A DNA stretch of 64,000 nt. Origin: a virus. Below the pieces are notes generated by a model. That model searched no databases and was not told where the DNA came from. It worked only from the letters and a program-made list of their open reading frames with translations. A program made the translations under genes and the position numbers. Shown one piece after another: positions 9,945 to 19,895 of this stretch. The stretch lies in IMG/VR virus record IMGVR_UViG_3300022921_001386. The stretch is one strand, 5' to 3'. Position 1 is the stretch's first letter, and every line of letters starts with the position of its first letter.

Positions 9945-10519
9945 GGTAATATATCTGCTACTAAATGAATACGATCAATATTACTAGCATTTAACGCAGT
10001 ATGATTTCCTTTATCTGTATGAGCAAATGTCCATTGATCTTTTGGTAAATGGTATACTTCATCTTCGATAATCATAAGACAAGCCTCGTTGGTTTGTATT
10101 GGATAATGTATACGAGGAATTGGATCTATATGCCAATTCATACAAGTATACGGTTTTGATTTTAATAGACGCACTCTACCGACAGTGTATTTTGTTTCTA
10201 ATACACAATAGGCGTGATTAAACAATGTGCCTTTAAAAACATCACACAGCTCCCAGTCGTATACTGACTTTGGAGACATTGGTATTCTAACATCTCCTTC
10301 TGGTGTAAGTCTAATAAAGAAATCAGACTTGCCTTTATCTGCAAAGTAACCAGCCCCAAAGCTATAATCATCTGTATAGCCTGGTGCGGCATTTAAACAT
10401 ATCTGTTGAGCGCTGTGTGGATTAGAAGGTTTGAACCATTCTAAATTTAAGTTGTCTAATTCTTCTAACAGACCTTCGACTATCGGTAAGTTTATTGTAT
10501 CATAATGAATCAATGCCAA
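9941..10519 (-). CDS. Aspartyl/asparaginyl beta-hydroxylase-like 2OG-Fe(II) dioxygenase
   Basis: WHID..PRIHYPIQTN ... HTALN ... RIHLV; paralog of 2696-3250. Confidence 0.8.
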   Translation of the reverse strand: MALIHYDTINLPIVEGLLEELDNLNLEWFKPSNPHSAQQICLNAAPGYTDDYSFGAGYFADKGKSDFFIRLTPEGDVRIPMSPKSVYDWELCDVFKGTLFNHAYCVLETKYTVGRVRLLKSKPYTCMNWHIDPIPRIHYPIQTNEACLMIIEDEVYHLPKDQWTFAHTDKGNHTALNASNIDRIHLVADILP

Positions 10520-12575
10520 ATAAATCTCCTTCTTTGCCGTTGATTGCTTCTAATACTTCGTCATAACTTTTATCAAAAATTGCTAGTTTAAAAAGTACTC
10601 TTTCATTATATGTTTGTACACTGTGCTCTTCTTGTACATTAAGCAAAGCACCTTCATAATAGACATCGATATCTTCGTTCCAGGATATAGGACTATTCCA
10701 TGTTATAGGACCGTCGCCATCTAGTATTATATTTAAAGCAGTTATTGTTCCATGATCACGATGAGGAGATAGGTAACTATCTCCGTCTTGTATATAATAC
10801 CTAGGAACAGCTTTGCAACCAATAATAGAACTAACATGATTTGCTATACTATTTGCTACGTTACAATTAGACATATCGTCTTGTCTAATCACACGAAGAT
10901 GATCAATGCTTTTTGTTTCGTGCTCGTTGGAAGCAGTAAATACTTTAGCAAGTGACTTGTTTTCATAAAACTCTTTTCTTAATTTAGATTTTAAATCTTG
11001 GTTAACCGATAAGTTTTTCATATATCTTATATTAGGTTCGGGCTTCTTTATTTCTAAAAGGTTTTCAACTTTTGAATAATAAGATTTTTCTAAAAAATGC
11101 CGTGCTTTACGACGAGGCTCGGCACTTGTAAATAATTCAGTAAATGTCATTTTTCTAAGTTCTTCGAATGAATATCCAAGACACTGATAAAACATTAAAA
11201 AGAAGGTAGAAACTTTAATATCATCGATAAAATCTTTTGTAAGTACTTTTACGTATTCAACAGCCTCGTCACTATCCCAATCTTTAGTACGCCATTTGTT
11301 TTGCTTTTCATCATCAGTATATACTGTATAGCCAAACTTTTCTGGATTTTTTGAAAGCTCAGATGCTGTGCCGAGCTCTAATGGGCTAAAAGAAAAAGCA
11401 TCAAACAGATCTTTGTTTTTAATAACATCCTTAGTCCAAACATCCATTGTTTCTTTACTATCATAAGGCAACCCAGCAATAAAGCTACCGTAAACACTTA
11501 ACGATCCATCAAATACTTCTCGAGATTTTCTGATTGTTTCAAAAATTGTTGCGCTAGGACAACCCTTTCCGATTGTCTTGGCTGACTCATAATTCAACGA
11601 TTCAACACCGAGAAACCAAGAACACACATTGATTTTTTTAAGTAGTTCTAGTTGCTCTGGCCATTTTGCTACAAGATCAATACGTATAAATGCCGAAAAC
11701 TGTAGTTGTTCTGGTAGATTAATTTCTTCTATGGCATCTGCAATAGCTTGTAGCTTAACAGTCTGCTCATTAAATGTATCATCGATAATTATATACTTTG
11801 TAGTGCCATATAACTCATAGTTTTGTTTTAATTCGTGTTTGATACATTCTTTATCTCTTAAAAAAGATTGATCGCCTTTTTTCTTTCCTATCAATGGATA
11901 AGCACAAAACTTACATTTAAAAATGCATCCACGGCCAAATTCGATACCCATAGCTTCTTCCGCACTCCAAAAGTCCTCTGGAATATAGTTTACTTTTGTA
12001 TTTCTAAAATCAAATAACGCTCCTTTTTGATCATAATCAAATATATAGGGAGTAGTTCCGAGATTGGCATTATAGTTAAGATCTGTACCATTTTTTAAGT
12101 GATTAGTAATATTTAATGCAGTATGTTCGCCCATTCCAACTACATAATAATCTATTTCATTTTTAACTTCTTCGGCTCGATGATATGACATACTGCCGCC
12201 GTATACAGTTTTTACACCTTTGGTATATCGAATATAATCAGTCATTTTTCTAATATCTTCGTCTTCAGTAGGCCAGCGCCAAAGAATATTTTTTTTATTA
12301 GTATCTCGTGTATGTCGTTTGGTATATACTTCGTTACTCTTTCTCATAAACAACGAAGAACTAAATCCAACCCATAGTGTGTTATCACCGATTAACTTGT
12401 CAAGAATTTGTTTAATCATTCCGTTTTTAATCCAATGTGAAAAGTTATTTAATACAAAAACACTATATCCTTCATTGCGTAAAGCAGATGCAATTTTATA
12501 GCCGCCGATTCCCCGTGCTACATTAAATACCGGGTCGCTGCCTTCAGTCATGATTATAACATCATATGTTTTCAT
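10500..12575 (-). CDS. Cobalamin-binding-type radical SAM enzyme with fused C-terminal 2OG-Fe(II) oxygenase-like domain
   Basis: N-terminal VGFS/YGG/G.GE B12-domain pattern; GRGCIFKCKFC, DDTFN, GVES, FIAGLP; C-terminal PHRD...HSV...RVLFK. Confidence 0.8.
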   Translation of the reverse strand: MKTYDVIIMTEGSDPVFNVARGIGGYKIASALRNEGYSVFVLNNFSHWIKNGMIKQILDKLIGDNTLWVGFSSSLFMRKSNEVYTKRHTRDTNKKNILWRWPTEDEDIRKMTDYIRYTKGVKTVYGGSMSYHRAEEVKNEIDYYVVGMGEHTALNITNHLKNGTDLNYNANLGTTPYIFDYDQKGALFDFRNTKVNYIPEDFWSAEEAMGIEFGRGCIFKCKFCAYPLIGKKKGDQSFLRDKECIKHELKQNYELYGTTKYIIIDDTFNEQTVKLQAIADAIEEINLPEQLQFSAFIRIDLVAKWPEQLELLKKINVCSWFLGVESLNYESAKTIGKGCPSATIFETIRKSREVFDGSLSVYGSFIAGLPYDSKETMDVWTKDVIKNKDLFDAFSFSPLELGTASELSKNPEKFGYTVYTDDEKQNKWRTKDWDSDEAVEYVKVLTKDFIDDIKVSTFFLMFYQCLGYSFEELRKMTFTELFTSAEPRRKARHFLEKSYYSKVENLLEIKKPEPNIRYMKNLSVNQDLKSKLRKEFYENKSLAKVFTASNEHETKSIDHLRVIRQDDMSNCNVANSIANHVSSIIGCKAVPRYYIQDGDSYLSPHRDHGTITALNIILDGDGPITWNSPISWNEDIDVYYEGALLNVQEEHSVQTYNERVLFKLAIFDKSYDEVLEAINGKEGDLFGIDSL

Positions 12576-12576
12576 A

Positions 12577-13344
12577 TTATCCTTTCCTTGGATTATTAAA
12601 GTCTACTGGAGTGCCGTTTCTTCCAATGTAGAATAATATTCCGTCTTGTTCTATTACTTGATCTTGTGTATTAAACCAGTTGTCCCCATATACAGATATA
12701 TCACCTTTTACTAATAATCTATTTTCTTTGTCTATCTTATAATCACAGTTAAATATATTACCGAGTACAGTAGAGTTAGCAGGCGTAATATCTTTAAGTG
12801 CATACACTTCTTCTATGTTATTAAATATATGCATAATGGCATTTACTCCAACTTCGGTCATTCCCCATATACATATTACTCGAGCACCTCGATTGATAAA
12901 ACCTTCAATAATATCATACGTGACGGGCTCAGATCCTACTAAAAATGTTTTGCCGGTTAAGTCAAGTGTTTTAAATCCCTTTGTTAACATAACACCCTTT
13001 GCTTGCTTTGGGGTTAAATGTGTATGAGTATATCTATCTGCTACTTTAGTATATTTATATAGATTAAATTTATCAAAGTTAACTGTTGCACCAGCTATCA
13101 ATCCTGGAATAGATTGGGCAAACAATCCTCCAGCACGCTCTAAACTTAAACAAGTGTATATAGAACTATGCACATTAATATCCTGAACTTGGATTGCACA
13201 TTTGGCATCTGCTACTATTTTACTTGGGGGCTGATATATCTCTTTTGGAACTCCGGATGTACCCGATGTTTTAATAGTTATGCCATTTACAATAATATGT
13301 TCTAATTTATCAATCAAAGTAATGAAATCCAAACTCTTGGTCAA
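12577..13344 (-). CDS. Truncated/minimal AMP-binding (ANL superfamily) adenylate-forming enzyme; start uncertain
   Basis: TSGTSGVPK (A3), WGMTE (A5), WFNTQD (A7), YIGR (A8); no C-terminal subdomain. Confidence 0.75.
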   Translation of the reverse strand: MTKSLDFITLIDKLEHIIVNGITIKTSGTSGVPKEIYQPPSKIVADAKCAIQVQDINVHSSIYTCLSLERAGGLFAQSIPGLIAGATVNFDKFNLYKYTKVADRYTHTHLTPKQAKGVMLTKGFKTLDLTGKTFLVGSEPVTYDIIEGFINRGARVICIWGMTEVGVNAIMHIFNNIEEVYALKDITPANSTVLGNIFNCDYKIDKENRLLVKGDISVYGDNWFNTQDQVIEQDGILFYIGRNGTPVDFNNPRKG

Positions 13345-14497
13345 CGTATTTTAAAACGTGATGACCCATGAACCGTTCAGTAATAGTTTTAAACATTTCG
13401 TCGTTTTGCCCTTTTACATATCGTTTCAATACATCAGTCTTTTCTATACGTTCAGCAGATGTTTTCTTTGCCCAGTCCCAAAATTCGTTTTTGTATATAG
13501 AGCCTCCATGATAGATTAAGTTAATTAAATCTTCTACTGCACGATAGTTTAAAATACATAGCTCGTTTGCTCGAGAGCCGTTAATTTCGCCTCGTATATA
13601 ATCAGAAAGTATTTGACAGTTTTTAACAGCCATATACAACGAATTTGCACTCATTGGTTCAAAGAACACTGCACAGTTTCCATTTTTTAATAAACGTTGG
13701 TCAACTGTCTTCTTACAATAATATGGTTTTAAATCAAATGTACGGAAGTTTTTTGTATCTGCATCTGTTGCATCTGTGATACGAATAAGTTCCTTTTCAG
13801 CTTCTTCACGTGTACAAAACTCACTGTTGTACAGGAAGCCATGAGATGTCCTATGTTGTAATGGAATAACAAACATCCATCCATACTTATGAGCAACATG
13901 ACGTGTGAATCCAAAATCAGATGGTGTTGGATCATCATATACCAAAGCAGAGTTTAGAACAAGGTTACATTCATTGTAATCAGTAAAATCTGTCGGTCTA
14001 CCTCGACAATCGATAATATAATCAAATATGTGCAGTTTTCCGTCTACGGTTAGTTCGCCGCCTCTTGATTCGTTAGTATAATCAGTAAAACTTTGCGATA
14101 CTCTTTCTACGTTACCGTGTAATACAGTATAACTATTATATAATTTTTTTAAGCGTTCCATGCCCATTTTAACAAAATCTTTTGCATCAAAATGGATAGC
14201 ATGATATCCTGATTGAAAAGGAAAAATAATATCTTTCTCTCTCCAATCAATGTAATGTGTGCCGTACTTAGTTGTGCTGTTGAGTTCTTTTGCTTCTGTT
14301 GCAAATATGAAATCAAATGCCTGACCAATAGCAAAGGTTACTTCTGACGTTGTACTCTCACCTACTCCGAGGATAGGCTTACTTGGATCATATACATGGG
14401 TAAGCTCTAACTCAATTTCACGATTTTTAAAATCTTTAAGTAAACAGCCTGCAGTTAATACCCCTGCACTTCCAGCACCTAATATAGCAATCTTCAT
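13310..14497 (-). CDS. Flavin-dependent tryptophan-halogenase-family protein
   Basis: GAGSAG, GVGEST, TTKYG, IDCRG, GWMFVIPL, FFEPMSAN. Confidence 0.8.
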   Translation of the reverse strand: MKIAILGAGSAGVLTAGCLLKDFKNREIELELTHVYDPSKPILGVGESTTSEVTFAIGQAFDFIFATEAKELNSTTKYGTHYIDWREKDIIFPFQSGYHAIHFDAKDFVKMGMERLKKLYNSYTVLHGNVERVSQSFTDYTNESRGGELTVDGKLHIFDYIIDCRGRPTDFTDYNECNLVLNSALVYDDPTPSDFGFTRHVAHKYGWMFVIPLQHRTSHGFLYNSEFCTREEAEKELIRITDATDADTKNFRTFDLKPYYCKKTVDQRLLKNGNCAVFFEPMSANSLYMAVKNCQILSDYIRGEINGSRANELCILNYRAVEDLINLIYHGGSIYKNEFWDWAKKTSAERIEKTDVLKRYVKGQNDEMFKTITERFMGHHVLKYVDQEFGFHYFD

Positions 14498-15013
14498 TTA
14501 AATCTCCGGGTTTATCTTACAATATTCTTTTATATTTAGTTTCCATATATTTTGTTCGGTATCAAAAACCTTTTGACACCCTAGATGTTCTACTATTTGT
14601 TTTTTTTCAAGTATGTGATAAAGTTTGTTTAACTTTAACATTTTGCCGCTGTGGTCAGTTTCGGTATTAGTTGTTATGTATATAGGCTTATTGCTGTACA
14701 TATTAATTACTATAGGCAAGTGATAGCGAAACATCCAACAATTCATATGATTCTTACTTAATCCGCCAGGAATTGAATAAAGTTGACATCCTCTAAATAA
14801 TGCTCGTATACCGTTGAGGAATGGATGTACTCCGCTTATGCCAACAATTTTAGTATTATGAAAAGTGGCGAACCAGTTTCCGCCAATACGTAATGTGTTA
14901 TTAAATTTCATAGACTCTAGGCTATTGTTATTATTGTAATTCATCCTATCACATTCATTAATGAATTCTAATAACTGCAAGGTAGGTTTAGATATAATCC
15001 TTGTTTCTATCAC
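14498..15013 (-). CDS. GNAT-like acyltransferase
   Basis: KIVGISGVH strand, PIYITTN; paralog of 40929-41516. Confidence 0.55.
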   Translation of the reverse strand: MIETRIISKPTLQLLEFINECDRMNYNNNNSLESMKFNNTLRIGGNWFATFHNTKIVGISGVHPFLNGIRALFRGCQLYSIPGGLSKNHMNCWMFRYHLPIVINMYSNKPIYITTNTETDHSGKMLKLNKLYHILEKKQIVEHLGCQKVFDTEQNIWKLNIKEYCKINPEI

Positions 15014-16257
15014 GAAAATACCATTTCTAAATCTTTGTAAACAGTTGTACTTCCAAACATAGCAGGCAATAGCTCAGGCTGTCTTGTAATCTCAAACGTA
15101 TCAAATCTATCTAATAATGCATTTGTAATAATTTCTAAAAAATGCTTAACAAGAAAATCACCTGTACAATGATGCGGGCCATATGCAAGTGTTACCGGCA
15201 ACGGTTCGTTATCTCTTTCAAGTCTAAATACTAACGGATCTTTATAATATTTTGGATCTCGATTGGCACCATATGTATATAACAAAATGCGGCCGCCTCC
15301 ATCAAACTTATAACCATGAAATACTGTATCGTCAACAATATCTCGTACGCCGCCCTTTAAAGGTGCTAATCGTAAACTTTCTCTAGCAAATGCAGAAACT
15401 AAAGACCTATCTTCTTTTATACGTTTAACAATATCTGGATATTTACAAAAGTTCATTAAAATGTTCTGATATAAACTTAACGAAAATGTAGGAATAACCA
15501 CTGTCCATAAAGACTGAATAAACATATACGCCATTAGTTTAGGATTATCGTTATATTCAGATTGTTTGTCGTTGAGGTTTTTAGTCATATTAATCATAGT
15601 ATCGTAATCTTTATCATTGTTATGATAATATTCTATTGCTTCGTTAACTATACGAGAGAACATACTATAAAACTCAGTAGTCTCTGATACAGGCTTATCG
15701 TAATCAAAGTCCGGATTAAAGTTTGAAAATACATTTCCAGGACGCATCCACTTATGAAATCCGTCTTTTACATAATCTTCAGTAACATCCAATGCATCCC
15801 ACGGAAACTCAATTGATTGAACTTGGGTATCTGTTACTGTTTTGCCTATGACATCGTATGCTTTAAATGGAACGCCCTTTTTAATCGAGTCAAGATCTTT
15901 ATATAAGTTATCTGTAAAGATTTTTGTAAAATCGCCTGCTCGACGTTTAATCCAATCTAAACTATGTTTTTTAGCAAGGTGGTGATGCGGACCTTCACGA
16001 AGTGTCAACGCATATCCTGCTCTCCAAACACCTCCAAGAGGAGTAGGATCAAATGGTGCTGGAGATGTTTTTGCAAGACTGAATCTATCATTCATTTTAG
16101 ATGCCTCTTTAAGGCGATCCATCGAAAAGATAATCCAATGTTTATATACTGGGTGCCAAAAGAAGCCGCGTTCTTCGTTTTTAAAACAAAATGTTATGTG
16201 TTCGTCCATTTTGTATAAGAAATCAGGATTAACAATTTCAAAATCAATTTTCCTCAT
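15010..16257 (-). CDS. Cytochrome P450
   Basis: ESLR (ExxR), ANRDP..Y.DP..F..ER, AYGPHHCTG heme-thiolate loop; 415 aa. Confidence 0.9.
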   Translation of the reverse strand: MRKIDFEIVNPDFLYKMDEHITFCFKNEERGFFWHPVYKHWIIFSMDRLKEASKMNDRFSLAKTSPAPFDPTPLGGVWRAGYALTLREGPHHHLAKKHSLDWIKRRAGDFTKIFTDNLYKDLDSIKKGVPFKAYDVIGKTVTDTQVQSIEFPWDALDVTEDYVKDGFHKWMRPGNVFSNFNPDFDYDKPVSETTEFYSMFSRIVNEAIEYYHNNDKDYDTMINMTKNLNDKQSEYNDNPKLMAYMFIQSLWTVVIPTFSLSLYQNILMNFCKYPDIVKRIKEDRSLVSAFARESLRLAPLKGGVRDIVDDTVFHGYKFDGGGRILLYTYGANRDPKYYKDPLVFRLERDNEPLPVTLAYGPHHCTGDFLVKHFLEIITNALLDRFDTFEITRQPELLPAMFGSTTVYKDLEMVFS

Positions 16258-17369
16258 TTGATTTTCCTCTTAGGTATTTTACTATCAGCACTACTGACAC
16301 AACTTTCGGTTATACAAGGCATAGCCTTGTCAAACAGTTTAAATCCTGTTTCAATATTGCCAAGAGGCACATCGTGGCAACTATAACTGCGTTTCACACT
16401 GCCATCTGGCTCACGAATGATAATACCTTGATAACCAGCATTACAACTCCAGCCTTTAAACTTGTTAAAGTTGAAAGCATTAAAACGTTCTGCTTGATCC
16501 ATATACCATGCTTTACCGTCTTTGTCTCTAAATTCTACTTGCATATGCCAAGGCACTTTTGCATCTGGTTTATGCATTGCATCAGCAGGTATTTCAAATT
16601 TAGGACTCGGACGACCGCTCCATTTGCGTTTGGTTTCAGTGTATGCACGTTGCGGCATACCGTTGTGTAAACGCTTTAGGTTGTCTGCTGTATACCCATC
16701 TACCACTCGGCTGGCTGTAGGGTCGCTTTGAGGCTTTAGCGTAACGTTTATACCTTGTTCGTGAAAGAACAATGCGTTTTCCCAATCTCTTTCAAACCAG
16801 TCCGGAACCATAACCATATTGATTGTAACTTGAACATCGTGCTCCTGACAGAAGATTAGTTTATCTGCAAAGTCTTGCATCTTCTCAACTGTATTTAAAT
16901 GTTCTGTGTGCAAACTTGCTGTAATACTGGCACGGTGGAATGGCTTAACTGCTTCTACATACTTTTCAAACCACGCCATATTACGACTACAGTTCGATGT
17001 CATGTGTACACTAGTGTAGTTGGTGTTGTCTACGTCATCAGCCAGATGTTGTAAAATGTCCAAGTAGCCAGGATGGAAAGTAGGCTCGCCGCCACTAAGA
17101 CTAAAATGATAACTATTAAATCCGTTTTCACGTGCCTGCCTTTTTATCTCATCTATTGTTTTAAGACATAGTTCTGTGGGTCTGTGGTCTTTACGGTCTG
17201 AACGAGCGTAGGGCCAACAATAGGAGCATTTGTAGTTACAGAATCTACCCAGTAGCCAACTGATAGTAAATATGTCACGATACAACAAAGTGCGCTGACC
17301 AACACTAACAATATCATCAAAGGGTATTTTTGTAAAGTCATAGTTTGACCATTTTAAATCTTCATTCAT
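16254..17369 (-). CDS. Radical SAM enzyme with C-terminal twitch-like Cys cluster
   Basis: CNYKCSYC, SGGEPT, GWSCNAG...SC...C...C. Confidence 0.9.
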   Translation of the reverse strand: MNEDLKWSNYDFTKIPFDDIVSVGQRTLLYRDIFTISWLLGRFCNYKCSYCWPYARSDRKDHRPTELCLKTIDEIKRQARENGFNSYHFSLSGGEPTFHPGYLDILQHLADDVDNTNYTSVHMTSNCSRNMAWFEKYVEAVKPFHRASITASLHTEHLNTVEKMQDFADKLIFCQEHDVQVTINMVMVPDWFERDWENALFFHEQGINVTLKPQSDPTASRVVDGYTADNLKRLHNGMPQRAYTETKRKWSGRPSPKFEIPADAMHKPDAKVPWHMQVEFRDKDGKAWYMDQAERFNAFNFNKFKGWSCNAGYQGIIIREPDGSVKRSYSCHDVPLGNIETGFKLFDKAMPCITESCVSSADSKIPKRKIK

Positions 17370-17374
17370 ATTTT

Positions 17375-17403
17375 ATTATACCATATTATTAGCAATAAGT
17401 CAA
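17375..17403 (-). promoter_or_regulatory. Sigma70-type promoter, leaderless
   Basis: TTGACT-17 bp-TATAAT with TGn extension; ATG only 5 nt after -10, no RBS. Confidence 0.75.
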
Positions 17404-18617
17404 CTAGAACTTTTCGTAAGCTCTTCAACTATATTACGAATATGTGGAAATAATACATCCCAGTTGTATTCAGATCTTTTTAACTTAAAGTAATTAAACT
17501 TTTGCTTAATAGCATCCGGCTCTGCATATTCGATCTTAGTTCCTACTAGTTTTTTCATATTAGTTAGATGTTTAGCATAATATATTCCGTTTTCTTTACA
17601 AAAAGTAATAGCGTCATCAAAGTGAGACGCATAATGTCTAGGTATATATAAGATAGACATCTCTGGTTCCATTGCAATATTATGATTAAATAATGTGTTT
17701 AAATTATAATCTATTATTCCATTTTTTTCATATTCATTACGTAAAAGGTTATAAAAGAAACTAACAAACTCAAATGTTTGTGGCAAACTATAGATATTAA
17801 CAGTTGGAGAGATACGTATTTTAACATTAGGTTCTAACACTAGTTTTTTTAAGTTTGCAACTGCACGATCCCATATTATGCCAGTACGTACCGCTTCGCA
17901 GTGGTTTCCAATTCCATCTACGCTGCAATCAAACGTCCATTTAATATTCCTATCTTCTTGTATTTCTTTTAAGTAACGATTAAATATTTTTTCTTTGGTA
18001 TTTATATTGGTACTTATTACTAAATTTAGTTTATTGTTAGGAACATGTTTTTTAATCTCTTGAATATAATGAAGTGTTTTAGGATTATATGTTGGTTCGC
18101 CTCCTGAAAAGAAAAACCAATAGTTTTCTTGGGTGTATTTTTTTTGTTTAAGATATTCAAATAATGTATACTCTACTGTATTACTCCAGTCTTCATCGCC
18201 ATTATGTATATCTTCGCCTAACTCTTTTGCCCAACTTGTACTATCTTTAGATCCACAGTATATACATTTTAAATCACACGCACTACTTAACACAAACTCA
18301 AATGTTTGTAGATTATCTGACTTATATAATTCAGTTTTTTGTTGATTTGTAAATGTATCTTTCCATTCATTCCAAGTTCTAAATAAGCTATATGGTTCTG
18401 TCTTTATACAACTATTACATGCATTTTTTGGTAGTTCGTTAAGAAATAACATATCTGCTTTTTTAGCAAGATACCCCGGAGTTTCTATTAATCCATATTT
18501 TTTAATATCATGTAGACTTGTAGATTCATCTTCAGTTTTACAACAGTTTTTTATCGAACTGTACGGAAAACGAATATTTATATCAGTAAACATTTTGCTG
18601 CATATATTCTGTGTCAT
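17400..18617 (-). CDS. Radical SAM enzyme with N-terminal SPASM/twitch-like Cys domain
   Basis: C...CC...CNSC then CDLKCIYC, SGGEPT. Confidence 0.9.
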   Translation of the reverse strand: MTQNICSKMFTDINIRFPYSSIKNCCKTEDESTSLHDIKKYGLIETPGYLAKKADMLFLNELPKNACNSCIKTEPYSLFRTWNEWKDTFTNQQKTELYKSDNLQTFEFVLSSACDLKCIYCGSKDSTSWAKELGEDIHNGDEDWSNTVEYTLFEYLKQKKYTQENYWFFFSGGEPTYNPKTLHYIQEIKKHVPNNKLNLVISTNINTKEKIFNRYLKEIQEDRNIKWTFDCSVDGIGNHCEAVRTGIIWDRAVANLKKLVLEPNVKIRISPTVNIYSLPQTFEFVSFFYNLLRNEYEKNGIIDYNLNTLFNHNIAMEPEMSILYIPRHYASHFDDAITFCKENGIYYAKHLTNMKKLVGTKIEYAEPDAIKQKFNYFKLKRSEYNWDVLFPHIRNIVEELTKSSS

Positions 18618-18635
18618 TTAATAAAATTCCAAATG

Positions 18636-19895
18636 TTAGATGGTTTCATTACCATTTCCTTTATCAAAATCGTATACTAGTTTTTTAAGAGAGCCGCCTT
18701 TGTTGTCAACTTCTTGCATTTCCATTAGCTTTGGCTCAATATTAGGAGCATGATAACTAAAAATTGATGTTGCAACACTGTCCACTCTTGCTTTAGGAAC
18801 ACATAGTCCGCAACCGCAATGTGTCTTTGGGCATCTTATTAACGGTATAGTATTTGTTACAAACTGTTCTTCTAATTTATTACAATACTTATCAAAATCT
18901 TTAACAGATGATATTGGACCTATCTTGCCTTCTAAGTTAACTTGACAAGTTTGATGATGCCATATCTTATCAATCTCCTGATGTATGTACAAGAAATACC
19001 AGTTTATCATACAGTTCCATCCTTGAAAGTTATTATTTTCTACAAACGTACTATTAGAAATTTCGCCATTATCAAATCCTAAATCTAAGTTGCGGCCGCC
19101 GCAACACGGTCTGCCTATCTTTTGGCCAACTTCTTTTTTCTTCTCTGGCTGGTTAGTATTTGGTGTACTAACTTTTGCAGGAGGATTACTAGCATAATAA
19201 GCAGGCTCTAGTTCGCCATTTTTCTTTGCTTTCCAATAGTCCTTGAGCCAATCTAGTTGACTTTCTGTATAAGTATGAACTGTCTTATCTTTAAGACCTT
19301 GTTTGATATCGCCTTGATCCCCTATAACCCGCGGTGTATAATCCACTCCGTTTTTATCACACCATTGTGCCAAGTATATACATTCATTAAAGTAATCTGC
19401 ATCTTCGTGAAACATAATGTTTATTTTAAAATTATAGTTAGCATCTAACATAGTTTGTAGATTTTCTCTAACCTGTTTTTTCTGTACTTCTGTACCTTCG
19501 CAATGATAACTAACTGTAGTAAACTCCGTACTACGCATAACAACTTCAAGTTTACGTTTACTATAAAACCCATTGGTAGTTAGTGTTCGTTTCCAATGCG
19601 GATATGTTTCTTGTAAATATTCTAAAAACTTAAAAAACTCTGGATTTACAGTAGGTTCACCGCCAGTAAAACTTGCAGCAACTCTAAATCTCTCATTGCG
19701 TTTAGAATTATAAATTTCGCTATATCTTTCTAAACTATCAGCAGTTTTTACTAGTTCATCAAAACTTGCTAGATCACTCCAGTTATTTTTTCGATGTGGT
19801 GGACAATAAGTACAAGCAAATGTACATCTACGACCTAGATCCCATATAACCATAAGTTGTTTTTCGGTCTTATCGTCTATACTACATAATCCCAT
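18636..19895 (-). CDS. Radical SAM enzyme with Cys-rich C-terminus (paralog of 25119-26273)
   Basis: WDLGRRCTFACTYC, TGGEPT, GRPCCG, HHQTCQ, CPKTHCGCGLC. Confidence 0.9.
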   Translation of the reverse strand: MGLCSIDDKTEKQLMVIWDLGRRCTFACTYCPPHRKNNWSDLASFDELVKTADSLERYSEIYNSKRNERFRVAASFTGGEPTVNPEFFKFLEYLQETYPHWKRTLTTNGFYSKRKLEVVMRSTEFTTVSYHCEGTEVQKKQVRENLQTMLDANYNFKINIMFHEDADYFNECIYLAQWCDKNGVDYTPRVIGDQGDIKQGLKDKTVHTYTESQLDWLKDYWKAKKNGELEPAYYASNPPAKVSTPNTNQPEKKKEVGQKIGRPCCGGRNLDLGFDNGEISNSTFVENNNFQGWNCMINWYFLYIHQEIDKIWHHQTCQVNLEGKIGPISSVKDFDKYCNKLEEQFVTNTIPLIRCPKTHCGCGLCVPKARVDSVATSIFSYHAPNIEPKLMEMQEVDNKGGSLKKLVYDFDKGNGNETI

